From Octopus bimaculoides (taxonomy: Eukaryota), in the NCBI RefSeq assembly GCF_001194135.2, contig NC_068982.1, positions 129,296,105-129,360,104 on the forward strand: DNA of 64,000 nucleotides, written 5' to 3'. The notes below the pieces were generated by a model. That model was not told the DNA's origin and made no database searches. It worked only from the letters and a program-made list of their open reading frames with translations. Shown in pieces: positions 49,920 to 63,287 of the stretch. A program made the translations under genes and the position numbers. Position 1 is the first letter of the stretch, and each line of letters starts with the position of its first letter.

Positions 49920-50434
49920 CAATCTCCGGTTTGTTGGCGTAAACCCTCTCTTTCAGGTATCCCCATGAGAAAAAATCTGGGCTAGTCAAGTCAGGGGAAC
50001 GTGAAGGTCAGTTGACATTGCTGTAGCGGGAGATTATTCTCTCTCCAAAGCACTGCCGTAGCAACTACATTGTTTCTCTTGTGGTATGAATTTTTCATGT
50101 GGAGATACCTGAAAGAGAGGGTTTACGTCAACAAACCAGAGACCCTGTGCAATTGAAGGAGACATCAATAGAGAAATCTGAGAAGTGGGGTCTGAAACTC
50201 TTGAAGGTGTTATGGTGCAAGTTTTGGAAAGAGCACGGGCGTGCAAAGCCGAAAATGACTGCCATTTAAGCGATGTCAGTTTTCATACGTGATGTAGTGG
50301 AGTTGCAAAATTTAACTCGTGCATATTAATTTCCATTATGTCCGTTATATTGTATTAAAATTTCATGCATTTATTTGTAAAGTTAAGGAAGTTATTAAAA
50401 ATTGAAACTCGTTAGTGACTTTTGGGACACCCTG
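49920..50434 (+). mobile_element. rearranged 3' end of a Tc1/mariner-superfamily (maT/rosa-like) element
   Basis: Plus strand FMWRYLKERVYVNKPETL...CKAENDCHLSDVSFHT*, then TIR-like gacttttgggacaccctg (to 50434). Minus strand 50060-49920 reads RIISRYSNVN*PSRSPDLTSPDFFSWGYLKERVYANKPE. Confidence 0.8.
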
Positions 50435-50950
50435 CACATGGTAACGCATCACATTACAAACGGGCTTTTATAGGGGATGTCTTATAATGATGAAATACAT
50501 TTAATTAGTAATCATTTTCTATGTTGTTGCTATTTAACACTGTCAACGCCAACAAAGCAGACACACGATCAAAGGAATTTCAACTGTGTTCATCCCGTGT
50601 TTTCAGTGGCTTTTAGCACAGGCATGGCTTTGTGGTAAAGAAGTTCGTTCTTCAAACTACATAGATTTGAATTCAGACCCGCTGCATGACACTAACCACT
50701 TCTTGTGGTAAGTAAAGAAAGCATTATTTACTAAGTGATTTCGTTTGTTATTTATGTTGATGTTATTTAAACCAAGTAAGCTTTAATCATACAGACTTGG
50801 CCATTCCGTTTATATCATCAGGCATAAGATACTATGGATTAGGGACTCCATGAGAAATTTAGTAAGGTGGATCAAAGATTCTCTCAAAGTTCAACAGGAC
50901 TGTTAGTTTGCTTTATATATACATATATAAGTATGTGCGCACACACACAC

Positions 50951-51002
<52 letters not shown>

Positions 51003-51654
51003 GTATATATATATGTGTAAAAGAGGTCATGGGCCAACAGATTTTTGGGATCTGACGATACGCCATAAAGCTAAACCCTTTATAGACGGGAAACCTAAGG
51101 TAATCTCATAAACCGGCCTTCCTCATATATATATACACACACATATGGAAGGGGTAGCAAATCTTCCCGATCCCTCTTTCGTTCTCGAAACCCTGGACCG
51201 ATATGCCGGCAGGACCCCACGCACACATACACCCAATAGTCTCTTCATAAGGTCGTATGTCCCTTTTTAAGGCGGTAGAATATGATTGGAAGGAAACTTC
51301 ACAACTATTTCTCGGTAATCGTCTGTTTATTTTCTTGTGACGTCACATAAATTTAATTAAATTTTGATGAATGTAAACCAAAATTTAACGATGATACTGA
51401 GAATGGACAGAGGCTCTTAGTAATCCTGTAAATGTAGTTTTTATAAACGGCGTGAAAAGTTCTACAAATTAACCTCAAATATGAAAAATATCAAACATAA
51501 CGAAGTCTAGGAAAAATCTATATTTCTTTAAATAAACAACTAACCGAAATAGTCTGTCCTCTAAAGATATAAGGAATCAATATTTTACATCTGTTATATT
51601 ATTTAATGTCAATAAGTGTAACCTTCACATTGAGATCAAATAGATAACCTTTTC

Positions 51655-51857
51655 CACTTTAAGCACATGGAGTGAAATTTATAGGGTGGGGACTAGTCAA
51701 TTACCTCGACCCCTGTGAGCAACTGGTACTTACTTCATCGACCCCGAAAGAATTAAATGCAAAGTCAACCTCGGCAGAATTATAACCAGAACGTAAAGAC
51801 GGACGAAATGCCGCTAAGCATTTTGTCCAGCGTGCTAATGACTCCGCTAGCTCGGTC
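51655..51857 (-). mobile_element. SINE family A
   Basis: Match to consensus. Confidence 0.85.
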
Positions 51858-52155
51858 AAATAGATAATAAAGCCAAAATGTGCTTATAGAAGTGACACAA
51901 CAGAATCCGAATAAGTACGCAAATAAGAGCTACAAAGAGTTCACAAAGGGAAATAACTTTGTTGTGAGAAAGTAGAGAAATATGATGTTTCGAGCTGAAG
52001 TCTTTATCGAGAAGAGGAACTTCTTTTCTAAACATCAGAGAGCTCTGCACTTTCATTTTGGAAACTACGTTTACAGATGTAAATATGTATTGATGCTATA
52101 ATGCATCTTACTTCTCCTTTTCCTTCTCCTTTTTCTCCTCTTCCGCCTCCCCTAT

Positions 52156-52262
52156 TCTTCTTCTTCTTCTTCTTCTTCTTCTTCTTCTTCTTCTTCTTCT
52201 TCTTCTTCTTCTTCTACTACTACTACTACTACCACTACTACCACTACTACTACTACTTCTGC
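52156..52262. repeat. (TTC)n(TAC)n compound microsatellite
   Basis: Direct reading. Confidence 0.97.
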
Positions 52263-53887
52263 TGCTGCTGTTGTATAGCATGTGCATGTCTGGTTTATCA
52301 GCAAGGATAAGAATAATATTTCAAAATTTTTAACACATCCCTGCAGAATGGAAAGTGAGTAGCATTCGCTACGGAGATTTGTCTCGGAAATGATTAAAAA
52401 AAAAAAAACTTCTTGTATAAAACACACATTAATACAAACAGCGCCAGCAGACTACAAAACACGGTGTTTCGTCGTGATTTCGCCACCTCAGTGATAGATA
52501 TTAATTCGGTTATTTGAAACTAGACAGGATCTTTTGTCACTACATAGAAAACTGGAAGCAAAATATCGCTGGCGGGTGTTGAAGCTTGGTAAGGTGGAAT
52601 TAAGTCAGTTTAAGAACACGAATCAAAGAGGATTAAAATCATGACGTCTACATGTATTTTTGATATGTTCCTGTACACTAGAACATGAAAAGCATTCGCT
52701 GCGGGATTTTGTCTCCAGGAAAGAAAGACTTTGTGTGTGTGTGTGCGCGTGCGCGCGCATGTAAAGATAGATAAATAGATAGATAGATAGATAGATACAA
52801 ACATAAATACATAGAGAGAGAAAGAGGGATGTATAGAGAGAGAGAGACATAAGATAAACCTCTAGCTATACGTGTAGTCTATTACCATGAGTATCTTTAT
52901 CGTTTAATCATTTAAGTGATATTGAAAGATACACATGGAAACTGATCAAACATATAAAGATGCATATTTGTATTTTGTATGTATGTATGTATGTATGTAT
53001 GTATGTATGTATGTATGTATGTATCTATCTATCTATCTATCTATCTATTTATCTATATATCTACTTGTGTTATGTATTTATAGATTTATAGACATATACA
53101 GTAAACGTTGATGTATCTATATATGCATACCTCTCTGCATTTTTATCGTTATTTTTTTAAACGCATACACACTCACACATAATACACTCAGAGACAGGGA
53201 CAAGAAAAGAAAGAAGCGTGAGAGATGTGAGGGTGAGTTTGCCTGTGGGTGAATGAGCGAGTATGTGTGTTAACATGCATTCTTGCAAAAATGTACAATA
53301 CAAGCGTCTACAAAAGCGTTTAGCTGTGTCGACTTTTCCACTGAATCTCGAGATCCAGAAAAAGCAATTTCAAAAGCAGCACTACTGTTTCTTCGTTATG
53401 GGCTTCGCTTTCGGTGGCAGTTATATTAGGGTACTGAGATTTTGTAGGTTAGAAATCCCACCCCCTTACGTAATTACATTACCATTTTTGCTGTCTGACA
53501 ACTCTTATCTGTTTTTCCAGTTTAAACTGTTATCTTATGGCACGAAGATGATCTAACATCACGGAAAGGTCGAGTACATAATCAGGTATTAATAAAAGAG
53601 GAATGATAGATACAAAGACACATAATAAACAGCATTCCAGCTGTGTCAGCATGGTATTGTAAGCAGAGAGCAAATATCGGGTATGGATAGAACAGAAGAG
53701 AAAGAAGGAGCGTTGATTTGAGAAAGGGTTTCAATATTGTATTCTTTTTGGTTACATAGCGTTTTTAACAGATGTTTTGAAGGCTCCAACGTAAATGTAT
53801 GTGTGCATGTGTGTGTGTGTGTATTATTATTGGTTGGCTATTTCGGATTCAATCTGCCAATAGTTAATGAGGTGTCAGAACGGAAGT

Positions 53888-53906
53888 AGTAGTAGAGGTG
53901 GTGATG

Positions 53907-53979
<73 letters not shown>

Positions 53980-53980
53980 G
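53888..53980. repeat. (GTA)n/(GGT)n microsatellite
   Basis: Direct reading. Confidence 0.95.
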
Positions 53981-54317
53981 GGGGTGCGGTTCTGTTGTTG
54001 CACAGCCGTTGGTGAATCTCTAAATGAGGTGGCGGAATGGCAGTAGACTTTCATTATAAACATTGATAAACATTAAAGAGTCTCCTTACTTCGACAAAAT
54101 TGGTTTTAAGAGAGAGAGAGAGAGGTGGCAAGACTTCCTTTTGTAACCCTTTTTTTATTTTTATTTATTTTTTTTTTTTCCTACACAAACCCCCGTTTTC
54201 GGCTACGGAGAATACGAATCTGCAAAAAAATTGGCAAAAATCGGCATTCTGAAATTACCCCTCCCCCACCCCCTAAATTCTTCATTTTTAACTTTTTCTC
54301 TCTTTTACACTTTACTC

Positions 54318-54425
54318 TTTTTACTTGTTTCAGTCATTTGACTGCGGCCATGCTGGAGCACCGCCTTTAGTCGAACAAATCGACCCCAGGACTTATTCTT
54401 TGTAAGCCTAGTACTTATTCTATTG
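54318..54425 (-). mobile_element. SINE family B, 3' fragment
   Basis: gtttcagtcatttgactgcggccatgctggagcaccgcctttagtcg. Confidence 0.9.
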
Positions 54426-55381
54426 AATCCGAAAAACTGCAATGTTTTTTGTCTGTAAAATATTTGAAAGACCGTAACCTANNNNNNNNNNNNNNNNNNN
54501 NNNNNNNNNNNNNNNNNNNNNNNNNNNNNNNNNNNNNNNNNNNNNNNNNNNNNNNNNNNNNNNNNNNNNNNNNNNNNNNNNNNNNNNNNNNNNNNNNNNN
54601 NNNNNNNNNNNNNNNNNNNNNNNNNNNNNNNNNNNNNNNNNNNNNNNNNNNNNNNNNNNNNNNNNNNNNNNNNNNNNNNNNNNNNNNNNNNNNNNNNNNN
54701 NNNNNNNNNNNNNNNNNNNNNNNNNNNNNNNNNNNNNNNNNNNNNNNNNNNNNNNNNNNNNNNNNNNNNNNNNNNNNNNNNNNNNNNNNNNNNNNNNNNN
54801 NNNNNNNNNNNNNNNNNNNNNNNNNNNNNNNNNNNNNNNNNNNNNNNNNNNNNNNNNNNNNNNNNNNNNNNNNNNNNNNNNNNNNNNNNNNNNNNNNNNN
54901 NNNNNNNNNNNNNNNNNNNNNNNNNNNNNNNNNNNNNNNNNNNNNNNNNNNNNNNNNNNNNNNNNNNNNNNNNNNNNNNNNNNNNNNNNNNNNNNNNNNN
55001 NNNNNNNNNNNNNNNNNNNNNNNNNNNNNNNNNNNNNNNNNNNNNNNNNNNNNNNNNNNNNNNNNNNNNNNNNNNNNNNNNNNNNNNNNNNNNNNNNNNN
55101 NNNNNNNNNNNNNNNNNNNNNNNNNNNNNNNNNNNNNNNNNNNNNNNNNNNNNNNNNNNNNNNNNNNNNNNNNNNNNNNNNNNNNNNNNNNNNNNNNNNN
55201 NNNNNNNNNNNNNNNNNNNNNNNNNNNNNNNNNNNNNNNNNNNNNNNNNNNNNNNNNNNNNNNNNNNNNNNNNNNNNNNNNNNNNNNNNNNNNNNNNNNN
55301 NNNNNNNNNNNNNNNNNNNNNNNNNNNNNNNNNNNNNNNNNNNNNNNNNNNNNNNNNNNNNNNNNNNNNNNNNNNNNNNNN

Positions 55382-55417
<36 letters not shown>

Positions 55418-55725
55418 CACAATGATAAGCCGGGAAACACAAGCTGTCACCAATAGATAGAACATTTTGGAAATTTCTCTTCGAATTTAAATGCTGCATT
55501 GTTTGAAACTGCACATGTGGCTGCTGTTAGTAATGGAGCAATTTTTGAAAGAATTGGATTTTCATTTGGCGAATGTATTTCGTCAAGAAACCTGTAAAAC
55601 AATGAGAATGCATATTGAACGTCTCAAAGTTTTTATAGTAAGCAGTTAAAAGATCAGATAAATTATTTTTTCCATATGTTGAGAATAATATTGTACCTGG
55701 TTCAATTTTCCTAATCTAATTTGTC

Positions 55726-55771
<46 letters not shown>

Positions 55772-56214
55772 ACACACACATACACATACACACACACACG
55801 TATGTATATACGTATATGTATAATCATATACATTCACGCATATATATACACATATAAATTACACTCACACGTCTGTGCGTGCGCAAGTATGCAACCACTT
55901 CCTATATCATGTAACATGTGACATGGAAGAGTGAAAACAAGGAGGGGAGGGTCAACTGAGCAAATTAGCACATATCTTCCTTCCCCTCCATTTTTCATTT
56001 ATTTATTTGTTTGTATGTTTGTTTATTTGTTTGCAACTTTTCTTTCTCTAAAAGTTGCAACTCCAATATTTCACAAAAATGTCCGACTGAATCAATTTCT
56101 GCCTTCCAGTCTCTGTTTTCTTTTTAATTGCGACACAAGTCTGTTTATGATGTGCTCCATTATAACCAAAACAACACTCGGTCAAACCAACTTGAGATAA
56201 TGTATTCTTTGTAT

Positions 56215-56253
<39 letters not shown>

Positions 56254-56889
56254 AACTATTCTATTTCTAACTAATATTCCCGAACCTTACTTAAACTATA
56301 TTTATTGAAAATGAAGATGACAAGAAAAGAAGCGAAGAAGTCTGACTCCATTCTCATAAAGATTTAATCGCGCTAATATGAAGAACTGGATTAAATTGAG
56401 TAAATGTTCGGTGAATAAGGACAGCTACGAAGAATATGTCATTGCTAATGATCCCCAATACAGCTTCATTGCTGGATTTACCATTAAGCAAAGCACGTAC
56501 TTAGGGCATCAAGGGGAGGGACACCACAGAAATGACAAATGGTTTACGGCACAAAAGAAATCACTTTAAATATGCTAAAATAATATTCGAAGTGGTTTAT
56601 ATGATAAGAAATATAATTTTGAAGTGTTCAAGGTATCATAATGAGGATCTGATTACAAACTTTGCAATTTAAAAAAGTAGAACATTTTTCAGGTATAAAT
56701 AAAGTGGAAGTATACAAAAACAAACATTATTTTCCATCTTACTGTTAATTTTGTTTCATTTTTGACAAAAATTTATTTTATGGTTTATTATTTATATGTT
56801 GGATTACATATATATAGGGACACCAAAATCTTTTAAGTACTTAGAGTCTCTATGGGTCTTAATCCGGCCTTGTACAGCTTCAAAGAAGT

Positions 56890-57410
56890 CTTGTCCACTG
56901 GAGACCTGTTCTACGTCACCCACTAATTGGATTTCACCTTAAAGAAATTCGGTGATTGGTGCTAATATCACCAGCAAAACTTTCAACTGAGTATGGCATA
57001 CGAATCACCTACCAAAGCTTCCCATCTAAAACTGTCTCCTCTCTTGAATCGGTAGTTCCCTATAAGATCACACTCTTGCGACGTGAGTTAGCTAGGCTCT
57101 TTCTGTCTTACATTTCATCTGGTGTACCTCTGGGGTTTGGTTTTGTTCTCCACTCTCTTCCAGCTGTACATAAATGACCACGTGCTGTCACGTTCGACAA
57201 CATCCGCTTTTACGCAGAAGATGTGACCCCTTACTCCTCTTTAATTTTTCCCTACCACGTATCAACCACAATGGAATATTACTCCCAGATCTGGAACGGT
57301 AACGCTGCCGTCGCATACAAAGACATTCTAAACCGCATCCAGAGAAAAATCATTCAACTAATTGACATAAAATCATTCACAGACACTCAACTTTGCCAAA
57401 GAAACGCTTG
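56890..57410 (+). mobile_element. CR1-group LINE reverse-transcriptase relic with internal deletion
   Basis: Decayed motifs (A)NITSKTFN*VWH (ALDISKAFDRVWH), SGVPLG (SGVPQG), LYIND, FYAED (YADD), then MEYYSQIW and LNRIQRK. Confidence 0.8.
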
Positions 57411-57549
57411 TTAAGAGGCACTTGTCAATGGTGCCTACTATGCGGCAGCATTAGCAAGTGCTTCTACAATGGACCCGAGCCGACCAATGCTTTGTGAGGG
57501 AATATGGTAGACAGAAACTATGTGGAAGCCGATCATGCGTGCGCGCGCG

Positions 57550-57750
57550 TATTTACCCACTACAACCACTTGACAACCAGTATTGACTTGTTTATGTAGC
57601 CGTAACCTGCGGTTCAATAAAAAAAAAGGACCGACAGAATAAGTAGCAAACTTTAAAAAATACTGGGGTCGATTTGTTCGACTAAATCCTTCGAGGCGGT
57701 GCCCCAGTATGACCACAGTTCTAATTATTGAAACAAGTGAAAAGATAAAA
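57550..57750 (+). mobile_element. SINE family B, 3' half (degenerate)
   Basis: ccacttgacaacc...ctggggtcgatttgttcgact...ggcggtgccccagtatg. Confidence 0.8.
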
Positions 57751-60700
57751 AATACAGAACCAATACCCATAGTATTTATGTAAATACAGTTAAAGGCAAA
57801 TGTATGATAATTTATTCACGTGAATAAATTATCATGCATTTACATTACACTACCATAAGTTATAATGTAAGTAGTATTCACAGAAAATGTCTGAAAACGA
57901 ACAGAGTATTTCCTCGTAATTGTTCAAACATCTTTTCGTAAATTATTTTTTGCAACATGTGTGTTCTAATCAATTCTTATTAATTTTAATTTTTTCATAT
58001 CTTACAGTATCCCCTATTATTTCATTAGGGAACATATCTCTATTTTCTTCCTTAGTCCATATTCTTTCATTTTCTTGCTTATTCTTGCTTGTTCCTAATA
58101 GTGAAGATTTGGTCTTCTCAACAGTATTTGTCGTTCTCACCCAGCGAAGCCTACCATCTTTTAATACATAATTTTCGCAACTCGTGTATTATGATCGATA
58201 TTCCTGACAAAATAATTCACAAATGATATTTCACAGATAATAAAACTTTGTCGAACAAAAGTTACATTTTAAGTGTGTCTTTCTGTATGTGCGTAAAGTA
58301 GAAAAAGTATTCATGTCAAAGTATGTAGTGTTCGTGAATATCAGACGACCGTACTTCGTAGGGTCTCTCAATGGATGACTGGATCTAATTTCTTGGCCAA
58401 AAACGGTACCTTATACAGAGAACTCCAGAAGTTGTTCGTCGAAAAACGAACGCACATAAGCAAACGGCACGATATACTTGGCTGAAAATAACCACAAGAA
58501 CTATCTTTTGATGATTTTGATGGGTTTGAAAATCAAGACTTTCACGATAACAGCAAGTGAACAAAAGTAAAATGGCCACTTATTTGCAGGCCATAGTCAG
58601 TCATATATCTCTATGTGTGTCTGTATGTGAGTGAAGGACAGAGTAAGAATTAGTGAAGGAGACAGAGAAAATGTTAATGTAATTGTAGTTAGATCTCGTA
58701 GAAAGTTTCTTCTCCAGACGTAGAACGGCACGAGCTGTTATATTTTGCCTCAGTGAATCTTCTCAGAGTCTTACGCGTTTAAAAAAGGAAAAAAAAAAAC
58801 ACAAAACTCGCTCAGAATGTCAGCAGTAGATCGTCAAACACTGGTATTTCGAATAAATTTACTTTCCTCAGTGATGAATAGCCACTAGACATTCTGAGCT
58901 AAGCCAAAATATTCGTTCCGGTACAGAAATCTGTAAACACAACATTCAGTCATTTTTGACCTGGCTAAAATTTAATAAATATACGCGTTTTTAACAATAC
59001 ACGTCTCTTTGAAAAGTTTTTCTGAGACAAAACATTACGACTAGCATCGTTATATATTCTAAGATATATATATCTTAGAATCCATAACTTGATGGATTGT
59101 GGGACCAAGTTACTTTTTTACCTAGTTTGAAAAATGATAGATAACTTTTAACGAAAGAAGGGCGACAAGAGTATAATCAAGAATATAGTTTTTAAAGTTG
59201 CTCTTTCTTAAGACTCACCTTCAGTACTGCCTCTTCGCTACTTCTAGAAAACCAAACGCTTCCATATTGAAACAATTTCAAAAGAAATTATGTATTCCAT
59301 AGTTTTCTATTAACTTCAAAATAACAGTTGAATTTATACAGATACTGCTAATAATGATAAGTAGAATATGTAATGATGTGGGGTTTTTTTTGTGAGTAAG
59401 GCTTATTTCTGGGCTCTGAGTGAATCAATTTATGAAGAGGTTATATAGTTCCTAGAAAATTCTACTGAGAACGCATGAACAGGATTTTTCAAGTAGAGAG
59501 CTGTTAAGTGACAAGTGGTAGGCAAACATTTTTCATTGAAATAAATAGCAAAAGTATTTCCGGTTAACTTTTATTGAAAGGTAACTTGTTATTAGATCCC
59601 AAATGTCGGATACGATTAATATCCTTGCCGACGGAGGATGTGTGCTAGACAGAAGTTCTTAAGATTACAGAGCACAAGATTAGAAAATATACAATTTCTC
59701 TACCTGCCCAAATTATGTATTCTGTCTGAGGGTGTAGGTTACAACTCTAAAAACATTACTAGTTTTTCAAAATGGCAATAGTATTTGCAACTACACGGTG
59801 TTGCCTTTTGTTTTTAACACCCTTTCTTTAGTACACACATAACAATTAAGCTAAATGCTATTTGTTAAACAATCGTCTACATCTATTCTCGAATACAGCA
59901 CACAGATTTTGGGAGAATGAGAGCTGGGAGGTCGTTGTTTTGTTGTTGGTGCTTTTTTTTCTGCGTTGTTCTGGTTTTGCTATTTTTCATTTCAGAGAAG
60001 TTTAATTGCTTGAAGTATATTAATAGAATTCTTCAGCTGTGGAAATTTGAAACAAAACATCGAAAAAAAGGATAATAATTAAGAGAGAAATTGATATGTA
60101 ACAACCTCAGTGCGTTTTTTTTGTTGCGGTGACTTCAAAGTATATCAGATTGTTAAAATAATTTTTTAAATTCATTTCTGTATATTAATATTACTGTGTA
60201 TTATCAGAAATCAGTACAATTTCGAATTTCTTGACAGTATTTTCACAACAAATTTTATATGTATTTGTATTGGCATTGTTATTTTGTTGGTATTGTTGTT
60301 TAGCCTAGATTAATTCTGATTCAGTAAACTAATAAACAAAAGCGTTTTACTGTGACCATCACATCATTTGCTTCCTACATAGTGTATCTAGTTAAGACCC
60401 AGAAACCGTGGAATTCGCAAAGGAATCCGCTACTGACCAGCGTCAGCCACAAATAATCTAATAGAAGAAAGTGATTTTAAAACAGTTTTAAGTTAATAGA
60501 TATGTTGTGAGGAACCGGAAAAAATATCGACGTTTCGAGTGTAGGCCTTTTATCAAAACAGCGCAGAGACATTGTGTGAAAGAAAAAAAATTCGCTTGTT
60601 GGTACTTAGTAATCACGGTAATAATGGAAGAAGTGGCTCATGAAGCTGAAATGGCATAGCAAAGGTCTACAGACTTCGGATTATTGCAGCGTATATCAAG

Positions 60701-60999
60701 CAGATATCATTTGCTTTGACCATTCGATCTACGGGCCTGTTTCACCTATGTACACAGTATTGCAGAGTTGGCATTTCATATAAGTCATTACTGGATTTAT
60801 CGGTGAAATGGTTAGCAACTTAGGTGGCAGATTTATAATTGTGATGCATATAAGAATAGTTATTGTATATTTATTTGTCCACTTTCTTCATCATTATCAT
60901 GACTGCCGAAGTTTTTTTTTTTTTTCTATTATTTCTCTTGATAAAGATCCTACGCACAAAATGTTAGTTCTCCCAGTTCCTCGCAGCAAATACATTCTA

Positions 61000-61140
61000 A
61001 CATAAACACAAAGTCACATTTCGGTGGGGGAGAGGAAGGTTACGCCGACCCCAGTTCTTGACGGTGTCTTGCAGTAAGATCGAACCTGAAACCATGTGGT
61101 TGCGAAGCGAATTTCCTAACCACGCATTCATGCCCGCGCT
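61000..61140 (-). mobile_element. SINE with family B-type tRNA head but different body
   Basis: gaacctgaaaccatgtggttgcgaagcgaatttcctaaccac is the reverse complement of the B head. Confidence 0.6.
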
Positions 61141-61156
61141 GTATGCATATGTGTGT

Positions 61157-61230
<74 letters not shown>

Positions 61231-62689
61231 GTATAACGGATGCATGACCAAAGATTGAAACCACAGTCTTCACATTTGTTTCTTTCGTTCTCGGATTGTG
61301 CTCTTAAAATCTTGTCATATTCACTATCATCTTATGTTTACCAGAGGAGGATCTAGATAAGCATCTTTGTAAAATACTACAAACAAATTCTGTAAAGTAT
61401 AGAGTCGAGAGGACCTTTTAGTCTGGTTGAGAACATGACAATCCCGCTAGTAACGGGGCCACAATAAAATGTACTAAGTACCCCCTGTAAAGTGGTTGGC
61501 GTTAGGAACAGTATCCAGCCGTTGAAACCAAGTGGATAAGTAGATATGCAGTGCCTGTTTTATTGACCTCGATGAACTTCCAACGTAAAGGGACATAACA
61601 AAATACTGTAATACATACATATTGTTTTCCGGAATTTGGCACGCCAGAGCTGGGACATTTTGAAAAATAACCCCAATGTAATCGGTAGAACTGTACGCAA
61701 GTCTTATTTTATGAAGACAATTCGTGTATAGTTCTGCAAATTATATTGATTCTTGAACTGATGAGAACACGGATGTTGTTACGTAAGTAAAACGTTAATG
61801 TTCGAAACCGGTACACAATTAATTCTTTATTCTGTATATTTCTCATTTTGTCTTGCCCGCTTATGTTCTGGTGCTTTGCGAAATTTTTCTGGAGCACATT
61901 ATTTCTCTTTGTGGTTGAGTCGTTGATGACCTCTTTCTAGCATATAGGATGTCCACTTAGTGGTCATCCCTTCTTATACACATGTACGTATATTTATATG
62001 TATAAATGTCTAAATATATATGTATGCATGCAGACACCTATGTGTATATGAGGATGAAGTTGCGTGCACATATACACCCATACATANNNNNNNNNNNNNN
62101 NNNNNNNNNNNNNNNNNNNNNNNNNNNNNNNNNNNNNNNNNNNNNNNNNNNNNNNNNNNNNNNNNNNNNNNNNNNNNNNNNNNNNNNNNNNNNNNNNNNN
62201 NNNNNNNNNNNNNNNNNNNNNNNNNNNNNNNNNNNNNNNNNNNNNNNNNNNNNNNNNNNNNNNNNNNNNNNNNNNNNNNNNNNNNNNNNNNNNNNNNNNN
62301 NNNNNNNNNNNNNNNACATACATACATGCGTGCGTGTGGGGGGGATATGTATGAGTACGTACATGCACATATATGTTTGTGTGTGTATGTGCATGTACAT
62401 ATACATGTTTGTGTGAGTGTGTACGTCTGTAGATTTTATGAACGCCGGAGGTTTTATGTCTATGTACTGTGAGAATATGGTTGCGTGTATTTTTTTTCTT
62501 TTTTCTTTTTTTCTACTTATTAGAGTAACTTCCCTTTATTCAACGGTTTTTCATATCGTCTATTGCCATTAATAGCCGACGAGAATGCATCGTAGCTCTT
62601 CGCTTCGACATTCGAAACTCCGAGTACTATACTGACAACTTACTATTTGTTCTAAATTATAGGCGCGGGCGCGCATATTCACGCGCGTG

Positions 62690-62888
62690 TGTGTATTTGT
62701 GTCTATGTTTGTTCCCCACCACCACTTGACAACCAGTGTTGATATGTTTACGTCTCCTAAACCAAGCAGTTCGGCAAAAGAAATTGATAGAATAAGTACC
62801 AGGCTTTCAAGCAAATACGTACCAGGGTCAATTCATTCGATTGAAGCCCTTCAAGGTAGTGCCCCAGTATGGCCGCAGTCTAATGATT
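62690..62888 (+). mobile_element. SINE family B, 3' half (older)
   Basis: ccacttgacaaccagtgttg...gtgccccagtatggccgcagtctaatga. Confidence 0.8.
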
Positions 62889-63287
62889 GAGTGGCTGTGT
62901 GGTAAGTAGCTCGCTTACCAAGCACATGGTCTCGGGGTCATTCCCACTGCGTGGCACTTTGGGCAAGTGTCTTCTATTATAGCCTCGAGCCGACCGAAGC
63001 CTTATGAGTGAATTTGGTAGACGGAAACCGAAAGAAGCCCGTCGTATATATGTATATATCTATGTATGTGTGTGTATATGTTTGTGTGTCTGTGTCTGTC
63101 CCCTCAACATCGCTTGACAACCGATGCTGGTGTGTTTACGTCCCCGTAACATAGCGGTTCGGCAAAAGGAACCGATAGAACAAGTACTAGGCTTACAAAG
63201 AATAAGTCCTGGGGTCGATTTGCTCGACTAAAGGCGGTGCTCCAGCATGGCCACAGTCAAATGACTGAAACAAGTAAAAGAGTAAAG
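62889..63287 (+). mobile_element. full-length SINE family B
   Basis: gagtggctgtgtggtaagtagc head through ggcggtgctccagcatggccacagtcaaatgactgaaacaagtaaaagagtaaag tail. Confidence 0.95.

Larger units (their letters stand above)
5042..62315. other. ten assembly gaps (N runs)
   Basis: 5042-5146, 25754-26313, 31044-31451, 32014-32450, 39542-39898, 41478-41920, 44746-44842, 46414-46974, 54482-55381, 62087-62315; most are flanked by microsatellites. Confidence 0.99.

Noticed and set aside
56378-56569. 63-aa ORF MKNWIKLSKC...
   Set aside because: Short, with no splice or homology support
25344-62472. Many long ORFs (100-370 aa) in the track
   Set aside because: They run through N gaps and/or are translations of (CA)n, (TA)n or (TATG)n microsatellites
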